Shown one piece after another: positions 40,235 through 50,581 of a stretch of DNA of 64,000 bases (positions are counted from its first letter, which is position 1; each line of letters opens with the position of its first letter). Below the pieces are notes generated by a model. The model made no database searches and was not told the origin of the DNA. It saw only the letters and a list, made by a program, of their open reading frames with translations. The DNA lies in assembly GCA_963754925.1 (NCBI GenBank), contig CAVWHX010000004.1:1248001-1312000 (forward strand). The letters run 5' to 3'. This stretch comes from an uncultured delta proteobacterium (GTDB taxonomy: Bacteria; Myxococcota; B64-G9). The position numbers were made by a program, and so were the translations under genes.

Positions 40235-40262
40235 TCACCAGCCGAACCAGACGAGGCGACCA

Positions 40263-41432
40263 TCAGGCTCGTCTTGCATAGAAAGCGCTAATCGTCTCAA
40301 CCACACGCTCCTGTTGGGTTGGGCTAATCTCCGGATAGAACGGCAAGGCGAGTACCCGCGCAGCGGTTTGTTCGGCAACGGGCAGTGATCCCACACGGTA
40401 GCCGAGATGTTGCAACACCGGCTGCAGATGTAACGGCGTGGGATAGTACACGGCGGTGCCGATACCGGCCCGTTCGAGGTGAACCTTGAGCGCATCGCGC
40501 TCGCGCGCCTGAATGACAAACAGGCTAAAGGAATGCTCCTCGCCATCGCCCGGATCGGGCACTTGTACCGGGCCGTTCTCGCCCTGAACCAGACCGCTCT
40601 CCAAGAAGAGCTGCACGTATACGCGCGCTGCCTTTCGACGCATGAGCAACCACTCGTCCAAACGACGCGACTTAACCTCGAGGACGGCCGCTTGGAGGGT
40701 GTCAAGCCGGAAGTTGCCGCCCACGCAGTCGTACCAATCCCTGCGGGCACCGCCATGTTCGCGAATCTTACGCAGCCGTGTATTTAAGGTATCGTCCGAG
40801 GTAGCGATCAAACCGCCGTCACCCCAGCCGCCGAGGTTCTTGGTCGGAAAAAAACTAAACGCGCCGCACTGCCCGAACGTGCCGCTCGAACGTCCGCGAA
40901 GGCTCGCGCCGAAAGATTGCGCGCAGTCTTCGATAAGCGTGATCCTATGCTGGTCGGTGAGCGTACGTAGTTCATCGACGGCGCACATCCGCCCAAAGAG
41001 GTGCACGGGCAGAATTACCCGAGTGCGGGAGCCGATCAACGCGCGCACCATCTGCGGCTGAATGGTCAGTTGAACGGGGTCAATGTCGGCAAAGACGGGT
41101 CGCAAGTTAAGCCGCAGCAACACCCCCGCAGTCGCGATAAAGGTAAACGGGGTCGTAATGACCTCGTCGCCGGCCCCGAGGTCGAGGGCCATCAATGACA
41201 TCAACAGGGCGTCGGTTCCCGAGGAAACGCCTATGGTATGGGTGGCGCCGAGGTATGAAGCCAACGACGCTTCCAACCGGGACACCTCGGGACCGTTGAT
41301 GAAACGCCCGTGTTCGGCAACCGCCGTTATCGCTGCGAGAGAATCCGCGCGCACCTGCTGGTTGCTCATCGAAAGATCGATAAAGGGGATGGGCGTATCA
41401 GGTGGCGGTGGCGTCGCGGTCTTTTTCGCCAT
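40263..41432 (-). CDS. DegT/DnrJ/EryC1/StrS PLP-dependent sugar aminotransferase
   Basis: IPFIDL, SSGTDAL, TPFTFIAT, PVHLFG, EDCAQS, SFFPTKNLG, NFRLDTLQA. Confidence 0.92.
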   Translation of the reverse strand: MAKKTATPPPPDTPIPFIDLSMSNQQVRADSLAAITAVAEHGRFINGPEVSRLEASLASYLGATHTIGVSSGTDALLMSLMALDLGAGDEVITTPFTFIATAGVLLRLNLRPVFADIDPVQLTIQPQMVRALIGSRTRVILPVHLFGRMCAVDELRTLTDQHRITLIEDCAQSFGASLRGRSSGTFGQCGAFSFFPTKNLGGWGDGGLIATSDDTLNTRLRKIREHGGARRDWYDCVGGNFRLDTLQAAVLEVKSRRLDEWLLMRRKAARVYVQLFLESGLVQGENGPVQVPDPGDGEEHSFSLFVIQARERDALKVHLERAGIGTAVYYPTPLHLQPVLQHLGYRVGSLPVAEQTAARVLALPFYPEISPTQQERVVETISAFYARRA

Positions 41433-43575
41433 AATAGTATCCATACTGACGATAGTAGTAGTAGCTGTAATCGCGGTGCTGCAGGTCGATGTCGTTGAGG
41501 ACCGTTCCGAGGATGCGTGCCTTGACATCGGTCATTTGCCGCACGGCTCGTTTGACAATCTCGCGGGACGTCTGTGAACTCTTGATGACCAGCACGACGC
41601 CGTCCATTGCCCGTGAGAGAATAAGCGGATCGGCCACCACCAGGATCGGTGGGCTATCGAAGATCAGGCGATCGTACTTTTCTGAAAGCTGTTCAATCAA
41701 ACGCAGGAAACGCTCGGTATGGAAAAGTTCTGTTGGGTTGGGAGGGATTGGCCCACACGGGAGTATATCGAGCCGGGAAACATCAGAATGGTAGATTACC
41801 TTATCCACATCGGCCTCGCCCAAGATTGCGGTGGTGAGACCGAGTCCCCCTTGGATTCCAAAGGTTTTATGTAACCGTGGCCGGCGCATGTCGGTATCGA
41901 GCAGCAGGATCTTCGAGCCACTCTGCGCCATGGTAATACCGATGTTGATCACCACCGTGCTCTTGCCCTCTTGGGGGCTGGCCGAAGTGACCAAGAGGCG
42001 GCGCGAGGGATTTTCCGGTGACATGAATAACAAGTTCGTGCGCACGGTTCGGAAGCACTCAGCCACCGAACTTTTCGGATGGCTGACGAGGTATTGATCG
42101 CGCAGGGGCACAACCTCGTCGTCCTCGCCGGCTTCTAATCTGATGCTCGGGACAATCCCTAAAAATGGCAGCTGCAGGTGTTGCTCGATATCCTCTTGCG
42201 TCTTGATGGTATTGTCTAAAAATTCAAGGAAAAATGCCAAACCGATACCCCCCAGCAACCCGACCACTGCTGCCAATAAAAGGTTGAGGTTGATGCGGGG
42301 GTATACCGGGATACGGGGTTCTATGGCTGAATCGAGTTTGTAGACGTTATTGGTCTCTTGGTGGGCGGAAAGGGAGGCTTCCTTCTGGCGCTTGAGCACC
42401 AGTTGGTAGAGCGAGGTGTAGTTGTCGGCCACCCGCTTGAGACGGTTGTATTCGATCTCGTGCTCGTTTATTTCCTGAGCGGCACTCTTTACCTTCTCCA
42501 ATTCTCGTTGGAGGCCACGTTCGTTCTCCACGATCGTTTTGAATTCGGTTTCGATGCTGCCGAGGACGTTGTCGATTTCATTGTTTATATTCTGGCGGAC
42601 AAGCAGGAGCTTTTCGTCGATGGTCTTGACCTTAGGGTGATCCGGGAGGTACCGCGCGCTCAATTCGGCCTGCGTCTCCTGAAGTTTGAAATAACTTTCC
42701 TTCAGTTGTTGGACCAACGGGCTCGCTATTACTTTGTCAATGGTGTCGAGCGGCAGCTTGGCCTCTCGAATGTCGAGAATTTGCTTACGCCGGGAATCCA
42801 GCGCAATGCGTTGCGCTTGGAGATGATTGAGGGTTTGGTTCATATCCTGGAGGCGCTGCGAGGTGATGTTTTGGCGATCCTCAAGCGAGACCGACAAAAT
42901 TTGTTTCTCGCGCTTGAAATCCATCAAGCGATCTTCGGCCTCGTCCATGCGGGTTTTTAGTTCTTCTGCTTGCGAGGTAAGCCAACCGGCGGCGTCGAGG
43001 GTGATTTGTCGACGAGTCTGGAGATTATATTCGATGTAGGCGGAGACCGCGGCGTTGGCGAGTCGCTGGGCCCACTTCGGGTATCGGTGACGAGCTTTGA
43101 TAACGGCGGTACGGCTGTCCTTGACCGGTTCGACTTCTATCATTTTACGCACGAGATCGGGGTAGTCGATTTCATTCGCCGCGAAGATTTTCTGTTCCTC
43201 TGGCGTCAATTTGTCGATCCCCAAGAATTCCTTGTTGCCATCCAGATGGAGCTGTTGAACGATCTTCTGAGCAACCGTACGCGAGGTGATGACATTATAT
43301 TGCGTTTCGTAGTACTCACGATTGCTCCAGTAACTGCCTGAGCCCAAGTCATAGACCTCGCGTACGTTCCCAAGCACCTGAGGGGCATAGGGCTCAATAA
43401 TCACCGAAGCACGCGCTTCGTAAATTTTTACCTGACGCAGGGTGTAGATGGTAACTATCGTAACCACAACCACGAAAAACGCGACCACCGTCCACTTTCG
43501 CTTGAGAGAAACATTCAGGTATTCCCGCAGATCAATTTGATTTTCTTGGATCTCTTGTCCGATTTCGTCTGCCAT
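41398..43575 (-). CDS. wzc: Polysaccharide co-polymerase / tyrosine autokinase (Wzc/GumC)
   Basis: IDLREYL + TM, coiled coil, second TM, Walker A PQEGKST, DTDMRRP, IFDSPP, C-terminal Tyr cluster YSYYYYRQYGYYY. Confidence 0.92.
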   Translation of the reverse strand: MADEIGQEIQENQIDLREYLNVSLKRKWTVVAFFVVVVTIVTIYTLRQVKIYEARASVIIEPYAPQVLGNVREVYDLGSGSYWSNREYYETQYNVITSRTVAQKIVQQLHLDGNKEFLGIDKLTPEEQKIFAANEIDYPDLVRKMIEVEPVKDSRTAVIKARHRYPKWAQRLANAAVSAYIEYNLQTRRQITLDAAGWLTSQAEELKTRMDEAEDRLMDFKREKQILSVSLEDRQNITSQRLQDMNQTLNHLQAQRIALDSRRKQILDIREAKLPLDTIDKVIASPLVQQLKESYFKLQETQAELSARYLPDHPKVKTIDEKLLLVRQNINNEIDNVLGSIETEFKTIVENERGLQRELEKVKSAAQEINEHEIEYNRLKRVADNYTSLYQLVLKRQKEASLSAHQETNNVYKLDSAIEPRIPVYPRINLNLLLAAVVGLLGGIGLAFFLEFLDNTIKTQEDIEQHLQLPFLGIVPSIRLEAGEDDEVVPLRDQYLVSHPKSSVAECFRTVRTNLLFMSPENPSRRLLVTSASPQEGKSTVVINIGITMAQSGSKILLLDTDMRRPRLHKTFGIQGGLGLTTAILGEADVDKVIYHSDVSRLDILPCGPIPPNPTELFHTERFLRLIEQLSEKYDRLIFDSPPILVVADPLILSRAMDGVVLVIKSSQTSREIVKRAVRQMTDVKARILGTVLNDIDLQHRDYSYYYYRQYGYYYGEKDRDATAT

Positions 43576-43604
43576 ACATCCTCCATTAAACCTACAACTC
43601 TGTA

Positions 43605-43633
43605 AGACTACGGCAGTTGATGGGCCGAGTCAA
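43605..43633 (-). promoter_or_regulatory. Putative sigma70-type promoter of wzc
   Basis: Minus strand TTGACT-17 nt-TAGTCT, followed by a GGAGG RBS. Confidence 0.5.
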
Positions 43634-43669
43634 TCTTATCCCTGAAATGAACTATCGGTGAAGTCAATC

Positions 43670-43695
43670 GTAGGGGCGCACCTGCGTGTGCGCCC
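43670..43695 (+). repeat. GTAG-type REP (left copy of an inverted REP doublet)
   Basis: GTAGGGGCGCACCTGCGTGTGCGCCC, 26 nt, hairpin GGGCGCAC/GTGCGCCC. Confidence 0.75.
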
Positions 43696-43724
43696 GATAT
43701 ACGTCTGTTTTTGGGCAGACCTCT

Positions 43725-45270
43725 GGGGCCTGTTGCCCAAACCAATAGCATTCTCGATCAAAAATGATATCATCTGGAGCATCCAGGAGGTGCTTCGATG
43801 ATGGGACATCAGCCACCCCCGCAGTCCAAACTCTTCTATACCGGATTCCAGTTGGACAAGCGAGTGCGACGTGACCATCCTCTGAGGAAGATTAGCACGG
43901 TTGTCGATTTCGATTTCACCTACAAAGAAGTGGTGGAAACATACGGCGATAACGGCAACGTCTCGGTGCCTCCTCCTGTTCTGCTCAAGCTCATGCTTCT
44001 ATTGGTGTTCTACAATGTTCGTTCCGAGCGCGAGCTGATGGAGACGCTACCGGAGCGACTCGATTGGTTGTGGTTCCTTGGCTACGATCTGGATGATGAA
44101 GTACCGAACCACAGCGTGCTTTCGAAAGCCCGGAAGCGCTGGGGACGTGAGTTGTTCCAGCGTTTCTTTGAGCGCGTGGTGAGGCAGTGTGTTGCGGCTG
44201 GACTGGTTGACGGGCGCAAGATATTCGTCGATGCGAGCCTTATCGATGCGGATGCTTCGCAGGACTCGGTTGTGGATACGAGAGACCTGAACGAGCAGCT
44301 GTCAAAGAAGTATCGGCAACTCGAAGCACGGCTCGACGAAGCGCCGAGCGCGAGAGAACCGGGACCGTACACCGAAGAGAACCTGCGCTATGTATCGGCA
44401 ACCGATCCGGATGCGGCGTTGATGAAGCGCGGGGAGTCGAAGTTGCGGTACCAGAGTCATCGAGCGGTCGAAGGCAGCAGCGAGATTATCACAGCGACGG
44501 CGTTGACCCCGGGTGATGTAAGCGAAGACCAGTTATTGATGGCGCTTTAAGGAAGACCACGAGGCGACCACGGGGGAGTTGGTTCAGACGGTAGTTGCAG
44601 ACAGCAAGTATGGAACGAAAGAGAACTACCTGGCGTGCCGGGATGCGGGGATTCAGGCACACATTCCGGCATTTCAGGGAGGTACGGACAAGCGTTTGGA
44701 GAAGCGCGGCCTGTTTATGGAAGAGCGCTTTGTGTTTGACGCCAAACGGGACGTGTTTGTGTGCCCCGCGGGCCAGGAGCTACGGCGTAGGACCGTGCAC
44801 GCCCGTCGGCAGAGCATAGAATATGCCGCTTCGAAGCGAATCTGCGCGATGTGCGAATTGAGAGACCAGTGCACGACGAGCAAGTCGGGTCGCACAGTCG
44901 GCCGACATCTCCGTCAGGATGAGTTGGACGAGATGGTGAGAGCTTCGAAATCGACGTTGTCGCGTCTGGATCTCAAGCGTCGGCAGCACGTGTGCGAAGG
45001 GTCGTTTGGCGCGGCGAAGCGATACGGTTACAAACGCGCGCGCTGGCGTAGACTGTGGCGGGTAGAAATACAAAACTATCTGATCTGTACCGTACAGAAC
45101 ATTACAAAGTTGATCAGGAGCTGTGACGAGCGCAAATGTGAGGCAGTCAGCCTTGCCAATCGTATAATCGGGTGTATTGACGAACTGCTGTATAGTCGTA
45201 TCGTACAAGCAGAGGCGGTACAGATATAACTGGATGAGTTTTACGAAAGGTTATTCGGGCAACAGGCCCC
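43725..45270 (+). mobile_element. IS1182-family insertion sequence (1546 bp)
   Basis: Terminal IRs GGGGCCTGTTGCCC / GGGCAACAGGCCCC (14 bp perfect), flanking CT direct repeat, transposase inside. Confidence 0.9.
43798..45229 (+). pseudogene. IS1182-family DDE transposase split by a +1 frameshift at CTT-TAA (44545-44550)
   Basis: DHPLR, SERELME..WLWFLG..PNHSVLSK.R, VDAS, TDPDA, then VADSKYG, CPAG, CAMCELRDQC, EGSFG. Confidence 0.85.
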
Positions 45271-45327
45271 CTGGGTCCGCCCCTACGTTGGCACGCTCTT
45301 TGTGGTTTTTAACCTGGTGGAAGGATC

Positions 45328-47598
45328 CTACGGTACAAACGTATTGAGTTCAGCGTCTGGGATGGTATCGCGGCCATCTGGTTCGATGACCAGCGCATGT
45401 GTGGCGGAGATTGCCACGGTTACGCGGTTCCCCAATGCCAGGATTGGTCGCAACCACCCAGCGCGCTTCAGGATCTCAAAGTACGCGGCGCCTAGGTACT
45501 TGATGTGTAACGTTTCGATCCCTGGCTTGAAATTCAGGTCGACCCAGCCGCCGCCCTGGAACCGGAAGGAATGTTCTCCCACGTAACGAATTCCAGCCAC
45601 CTCATCGGTGAACGTGGGTTGGCTGTCGGCGTATTTCAAATCCTTGACGGCATCGGCCATACGCACCGCGCTCGCACCGCTTTCCGCGCTCAGGGCTTTG
45701 CCTTTATCTCTGCGATAGATATCCAGATTCGATTCGGCCTTCTTGGCGCCCGGCGCCGCCACCGAACGAGGCACACCTTTGGAATCACTATCGCCAATTT
45801 CAAACGCTCTGTCATCGAAGCCCGGCCGTTGCATTCGAGGCCGCAGCGAATCAGCGGGGATCGATGGCACAGCTATTTGAGAGGAGTCCTCGGTGACCAA
45901 ATAAGACGTGTACGGAGTGACGATACCATAGCGTTTCGAAAGCGCGACGACCTCGTCAACCAGTTCGCGCTTCTCACCGCTTAGCCTGATGGTTTCAAGA
46001 AGATAGCCTATCTTGCGTGTGGCCCACAGGCGGGGGATAAACTCGTGCGCTCGGTTCTCCTTTGAAAAGACGCCTTCGTAAACAAATTTTTTGGACTCTT
46101 TTCCGGCCTTGCCGGTCAACGTCAAGGCTGCGTGGCCATCTTCGCGATAGCGACCGAGGATAATTAATCGGCTCCCCTTGAACAGATCGGGTAGCTGCCG
46201 CGGGAAGACGTCGTACTCGTGAATCGAGCCGAAGTCGAGCGCGAGGTTCGCTAGCACCGGGTGGCTGACCTTGTCGTAAAATCCGGACAGACGCTGCTCT
46301 ATCTCTTGGTTGCCTCTCACATAGGTTGAATCGGCTGCGTTCTCGGTTGAGAGCGCATCGAGGAGGTGGGTATTGATATCGTCGCCTACGCCAAACACAA
46401 ATATGCGCGCACCGGCGCCATTACTTTTCTTGACATGAGCGAGAATCGTTTTGGGGTCGGTCTCGCCCACCGTCGGGTGCCCGTCGGTTAGAAAAACCAC
46501 CAGGTTCGGTTCGTCCTTGTTGGTGTGGCCCGAGAGCGTTGTGGCGAGCGCCTCGTCGATAGCCGTTCCGCCGGCTGCTTCCATGCGCTCGACAAAGTTG
46601 AGCGCACGTTGAACATTGTCCTTGGATGCCGACACCGGCTTCTTCTCAAAACACTCTACATCGGTTGAAAAGCGGATGACATTGAACACGTCGTCGGGAT
46701 TGAGCCTTGTTAGACAATACTTGAGCGCTTGCTTGGCATAGCGCAATTTGTCACCCGCCATCGATCCGGAGGTATCGATGACGAATGAGATGCGTTTGCC
46801 GATGACTTCTTTTTCCGAGTAGTCGCTTTTAGGGGAAGCCATAATCATGAAAAAACCCGGTTCGCCCGCCTGTCGGTAGGTAAGCAGGTTGAGACCGATG
46901 TCTTTCTCGGACAGGGCGATGAAAAGCTCGAAGTCGCGGTCAAGCAGGGCGGCCATCTTTTCGAAACCGGCGAGGGCATGGTGCTCGTCCTTTTTCCGCG
47001 AATAAACGTTGTGTGAGGGCGAGTACAGGCTCTTGATCGGCGTGGCCGATTGAATTTCAACGGTCATGGTGAAGTCCTGCATCGTGCGGGCCGAGCCGCG
47101 GTCGGTGCGCATCGGGTACTCGTATTTCATCACCCCGGCCTCAAACGGCATCATTTGGGTAAACTCAATCTCAATGTGTTGCTCGCCCCGGCGCGGCACC
47201 GGATAAATGCGCGCCTGAAAGAGGTCGCGGTCGAGATATTCAAGCAGGCCGGGATCGCGCATCCGGCGGACAATATTCTCGTACATGGTACGCGCGCGAT
47301 CCTTTTCGAGAATTTCTCCCTTGGTTTTTTTGCCGTTGATGTACAGATAAAAATCCGAAACGGTCGCGCCCTTGGGCAAGGGGAAAAGGTAGGTAGCTTC
47401 GAGATCGCGGTCGGTAGTATTGTAAAAAACTTGGTCGACGTGAGTGACCGCCACTCGATCGGTAATTGTGGCGCTGGCTCGATGGTACTTGATGCCCAGA
47501 GGGCCCAGCGAACCATCGGTAGGTATCAGTAACCCGGTCGCAGAAGCTACGGCCGGGACCAACCCGAGCACCATGACAACGAACAAGATATTTTTCAT
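45328..47598 (-). CDS. Exported VIT + vWA domain protein (inter-alpha-trypsin inhibitor heavy-chain-like)
   Basis: Signal peptide; VIT (VDQVFYN..EATYLFPLP); MIDAS DTSGSM, GGTAI, FLTDG; RLWA..YGIVTPYTSYLV. Confidence 0.9.
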   Translation of the reverse strand: MKNILFVVMVLGLVPAVASATGLLIPTDGSLGPLGIKYHRASATITDRVAVTHVDQVFYNTTDRDLEATYLFPLPKGATVSDFYLYINGKKTKGEILEKDRARTMYENIVRRMRDPGLLEYLDRDLFQARIYPVPRRGEQHIEIEFTQMMPFEAGVMKYEYPMRTDRGSARTMQDFTMTVEIQSATPIKSLYSPSHNVYSRKKDEHHALAGFEKMAALLDRDFELFIALSEKDIGLNLLTYRQAGEPGFFMIMASPKSDYSEKEVIGKRISFVIDTSGSMAGDKLRYAKQALKYCLTRLNPDDVFNVIRFSTDVECFEKKPVSASKDNVQRALNFVERMEAAGGTAIDEALATTLSGHTNKDEPNLVVFLTDGHPTVGETDPKTILAHVKKSNGAGARIFVFGVGDDINTHLLDALSTENAADSTYVRGNQEIEQRLSGFYDKVSHPVLANLALDFGSIHEYDVFPRQLPDLFKGSRLIILGRYREDGHAALTLTGKAGKESKKFVYEGVFSKENRAHEFIPRLWATRKIGYLLETIRLSGEKRELVDEVVALSKRYGIVTPYTSYLVTEDSSQIAVPSIPADSLRPRMQRPGFDDRAFEIGDSDSKGVPRSVAAPGAKKAESNLDIYRRDKGKALSAESGASAVRMADAVKDLKYADSQPTFTDEVAGIRYVGEHSFRFQGGGWVDLNFKPGIETLHIKYLGAAYFEILKRAGWLRPILALGNRVTVAISATHALVIEPDGRDTIPDAELNTFVP

Positions 47599-47909
47599 TG
47601 ACGATTCTCCTTTGGGCGAGTTGTTCTCTCCTCCCCATAGACGCGCGGCGGGTTGTTAGGATCTAATTTTGCTAACGATAAGGTTCTGTCCGTAGAGGTC
47701 ACCTTAATAGAATAGAGTTTTCTACATCCATCATGTCAAACCCGGCGGGTGCGATATCACGATAGGTGTGGAAAGGGGTCAGTCGGATTCACATTATCCT
47801 TGACCTAGGTTCGATCCCTCGGTAGAGCTTCTGTGCCCCAGGGTACCATAATTATCGAGGTTGGTAACACGCATCGCATACCGCATCCTGAAACCCTTCG
47901 GCCTTCGAA

Positions 47910-49535
47910 ATGAAGTCTGCCCGTAAGGAGCGATCACGGATGAATGACGGCTGCGGAACATTTGAAGAGAGAACAGCCGGTTACCCGATAGCCATTTCGG
48001 TAATAGTTACCGTGGGATTTTTTCTGCGGTTCATTTTCATGACCGGCCCCATTAGCAGCGATGATACTCGCTATCTCGAGTTTGCGAACTATTTTGTATC
48101 GTTTACGCCGTTTTCGGAGATCGATCATGCCGGGGGTCGGCTTTTATTTTTGTTTCTGATAGGTATACCGTACAAGATTTTCGGACACGCCATCTATGCC
48201 GCCGTTGCCAACGTTTTTTACTCCCTGATTACAGACCTGATGCTGGTGCAGTTCTGTTGGAAGGTACTGGGAAGACGAGCTTCACTGATAGCTGCTATCG
48301 TTATGGCCTTAAATCCAATCAATATTATTTATCCGGGGATGATCTTACCAGATACCCTCCTCACCTTGTTTCTCGTCGCTTCGGGCATGCTGCTCTACCA
48401 TGCCCAGCAGGATGCCCGTCTCAAGAATCGTTACGTGATGTTTGCCGTTTCCGGCGCACTTGCGTGCTGTGCCTATATGTGCAAGGACCCCGGCATCTTG
48501 ATGCTGCCAATCGTGGGAACGTACCTCTTTTTCGTTCCCTTCGATGGAAAATTTCGTGAGCGGTTGATTGCGCCGCTTATATTCATCACAAGCTTTTTCG
48601 TTGTATTTCTCGTCGACGGCTTAGTCTACCTTACTTACACCGATGACTTCTTTTACAAAATAACCGCGACTGTATTCTGCCATAACCAGGATATTCCCCC
48701 TTTGAACATAGCCGGGTTTTTACAGACAACTTTTGGTTATTTCATTGAAGCCCTCAAGAACGGTTCGTTTTTTCTGGTGCCCCTTCACTTGGGTTTTCCG
48801 GTGATGCTTTTGGCATCAATGGTAGATCGCCGCACCAGAATTTTTTCGTTCATCGGGTTATTCATTCTTCTGTATTTGATCTTCGGCTCCTCAAGTCTCT
48901 CAGCGTTGATCCCGCTTCCGTTCCAGGCGCGTTACTTCCAACCGGTCATTCCCTTTGTCGCAATCGCCGTGGGAGTGATCGTGGAACGATATTCGTTTTT
49001 CAATTCTCGGGTGGCTCAGGTGGCGTTTCCCTTTGCATTAGCATGCCTCATAGCCATCTATGGAGCGAGCGAAGTTTTTCTCCTAGCCGGCACCCAATAT
49101 AAGAGCAACTTGATGAAATCATTCCGCACCGCCGTGGAGGTATTGGCCGATGAACAAAAACCCTTGTATGTTGATCCCGCTCTCTACTACAATGCGCGAC
49201 ACTTCCTTCAGAGTGTGCTCTATCATCGATTGGTCGAGATTCCGAAGAGTGACCCCTTAAAAAAGGGGTACTATTTTGTCTGTCCCGAACTATCATGGTT
49301 ACCACACGATCGACTTGAAGAGGTAACCAGCTTGAAACTGAAGCTTCACGTGGTCCTCGACTGGCGAATTGCCAACCAGTTCCGCCAAATGAGCGATTCC
49401 CGAATCCTTCCCCCGTACTTAATGCGGGACCTATTTGTTTACGAGAAAGAATATGAGAAAGAAGGCGATAACGGCACCCAGAAAAGTGTCCCCTTACCGC
49501 AAAAGAAAGACGAAAAATGTCGGAATCGAATGTAA
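47910..49535 (+). CDS. ArnT/PMT-like (GT-C fold) membrane glycosyltransferase; start may be 47940
   Basis: LRF..SSDDTRY after TM1, multiple TMs, CKDPG, RYFQP. Confidence 0.75.
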   Translation: MKSARKERSRMNDGCGTFEERTAGYPIAISVIVTVGFFLRFIFMTGPISSDDTRYLEFANYFVSFTPFSEIDHAGGRLLFLFLIGIPYKIFGHAIYAAVANVFYSLITDLMLVQFCWKVLGRRASLIAAIVMALNPINIIYPGMILPDTLLTLFLVASGMLLYHAQQDARLKNRYVMFAVSGALACCAYMCKDPGILMLPIVGTYLFFVPFDGKFRERLIAPLIFITSFFVVFLVDGLVYLTYTDDFFYKITATVFCHNQDIPPLNIAGFLQTTFGYFIEALKNGSFFLVPLHLGFPVMLLASMVDRRTRIFSFIGLFILLYLIFGSSSLSALIPLPFQARYFQPVIPFVAIAVGVIVERYSFFNSRVAQVAFPFALACLIAIYGASEVFLLAGTQYKSNLMKSFRTAVEVLADEQKPLYVDPALYYNARHFLQSVLYHRLVEIPKSDPLKKGYYFVCPELSWLPHDRLEEVTSLKLKLHVVLDWRIANQFRQMSDSRILPPYLMRDLFVYEKEYEKEGDNGTQKSVPLPQKKDEKCRNRM

Positions 49536-50572
49536 CCGGTTGCGTTAAACAAGGTGGTTTGACCCGTTCTGAACGTCGCTATAGAGGGTTTCGGGTCGGT
49601 ATTGTCATACCGTGCTACCAAGTCGAGCGGTATATTGCATCGGTTATTAGTGAGATTCCTGACTATATCGATACGGTTATTGCGGTCGATGACTCGAGTA
49701 CCGATGAAACGCTTGCAACGTTACATTCAATTCAAGAACCACGATTGATTGTTCTCAAGCACCCAAGTAATCAGGGTGTTGGCGGCGCGATGGTTACTGG
49801 TTTTAAGGAGGCTATACGATCTGAACTAGACATTGTCATTAAGATTGATGGTGACGGACAGATGCAGTTGGATCGATTGCCGGAGCTGATAGATCCTATT
49901 GTCGAAAACATATGCGACTATGCAAAAGGCAACCGATTTTTGCATGCCCATGAATTAGTTCGGATGCCGGCTCTGAGAAAACTCGGAAACATTGCGCTGA
50001 CGTTTCTTACGAAATTTGCAAGTGGGTATTGGCATGTGTTTGATCCTCAGAACGGTTACCTGGCAATAAGCCTCGAGTATTTGGAAATGCTTCATTTTGA
50101 TCGCCTGCAAAAGCAACGTTATTTTTTTGAGAATGAGATGTTGATTCAGTTGAACGTCTTAGGAGCGCGGGTTCTCGATTGTTCAATGCCGGCAAAATAT
50201 GGGGATGAGAGGTCCTCTCTAAAAATCACGCGGGTATTGCTCTCTTTTCCTGGTCATTTGTTTCGTGGATTTTTATATAGGATGTTTCAACGCCATATTC
50301 TTCGTGATTTCTCCATTATTATTCCCTTGTATTTTTTCGGGGGAGTTTTGTTTCTATTTGGAATGATTTTTGGGGGATGGCATTGGTGGAAGGCGCTAAA
50401 AACAAACATTCCGACGCCAACGGGCACTATTATGCTTTCAGTCTTACCCCTTATTTTAGGGATACAATTTCTGTTGCAAGGTCTCGTGGTGGATATTCTG
50501 CAAACTCCTCGTATCAATCCTCCGATAAAGAAAAAGCAGCCGGTGTCGTCTTCTTCCCAGCATGAGGACTAA
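49517..50572 (+). CDS. GT2 glycosyltransferase (polyprenol-phosphate glycosyltransferase-like) with two C-terminal TMs
   Basis: VIPCY, VDDSSTD, NQGVGGA, IDGDGQM, KGNRF, DPQNGY. Confidence 0.9.
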   Translation: MSESNVTGCVKQGGLTRSERRYRGFRVGIVIPCYQVERYIASVISEIPDYIDTVIAVDDSSTDETLATLHSIQEPRLIVLKHPSNQGVGGAMVTGFKEAIRSELDIVIKIDGDGQMQLDRLPELIDPIVENICDYAKGNRFLHAHELVRMPALRKLGNIALTFLTKFASGYWHVFDPQNGYLAISLEYLEMLHFDRLQKQRYFFENEMLIQLNVLGARVLDCSMPAKYGDERSSLKITRVLLSFPGHLFRGFLYRMFQRHILRDFSIIIPLYFFGGVLFLFGMIFGGWHWWKALKTNIPTPTGTIMLSVLPLILGIQFLLQGLVVDILQTPRINPPIKKKQPVSSSSQHED

Positions 50573-50581
50573 CGACTCTGA

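Noticed and set aside
41433..41528. Thr/Ser-rich N-terminal extension of DegT
   Set aside because: Alternative-frame reading of the Wzc tyrosine cluster; the start is more likely at 41432
45289..45303. TGGCACG-N4-TTGT sigma54-like site
   Set aside because: The -12 element is GT rather than GC, and it points into the 3' end of an opposite-strand gene
47800..47830. GGTTCGATCCC resembling a tRNA T-loop
   Set aside because: No matching acceptor, D or anticodon stems upstream
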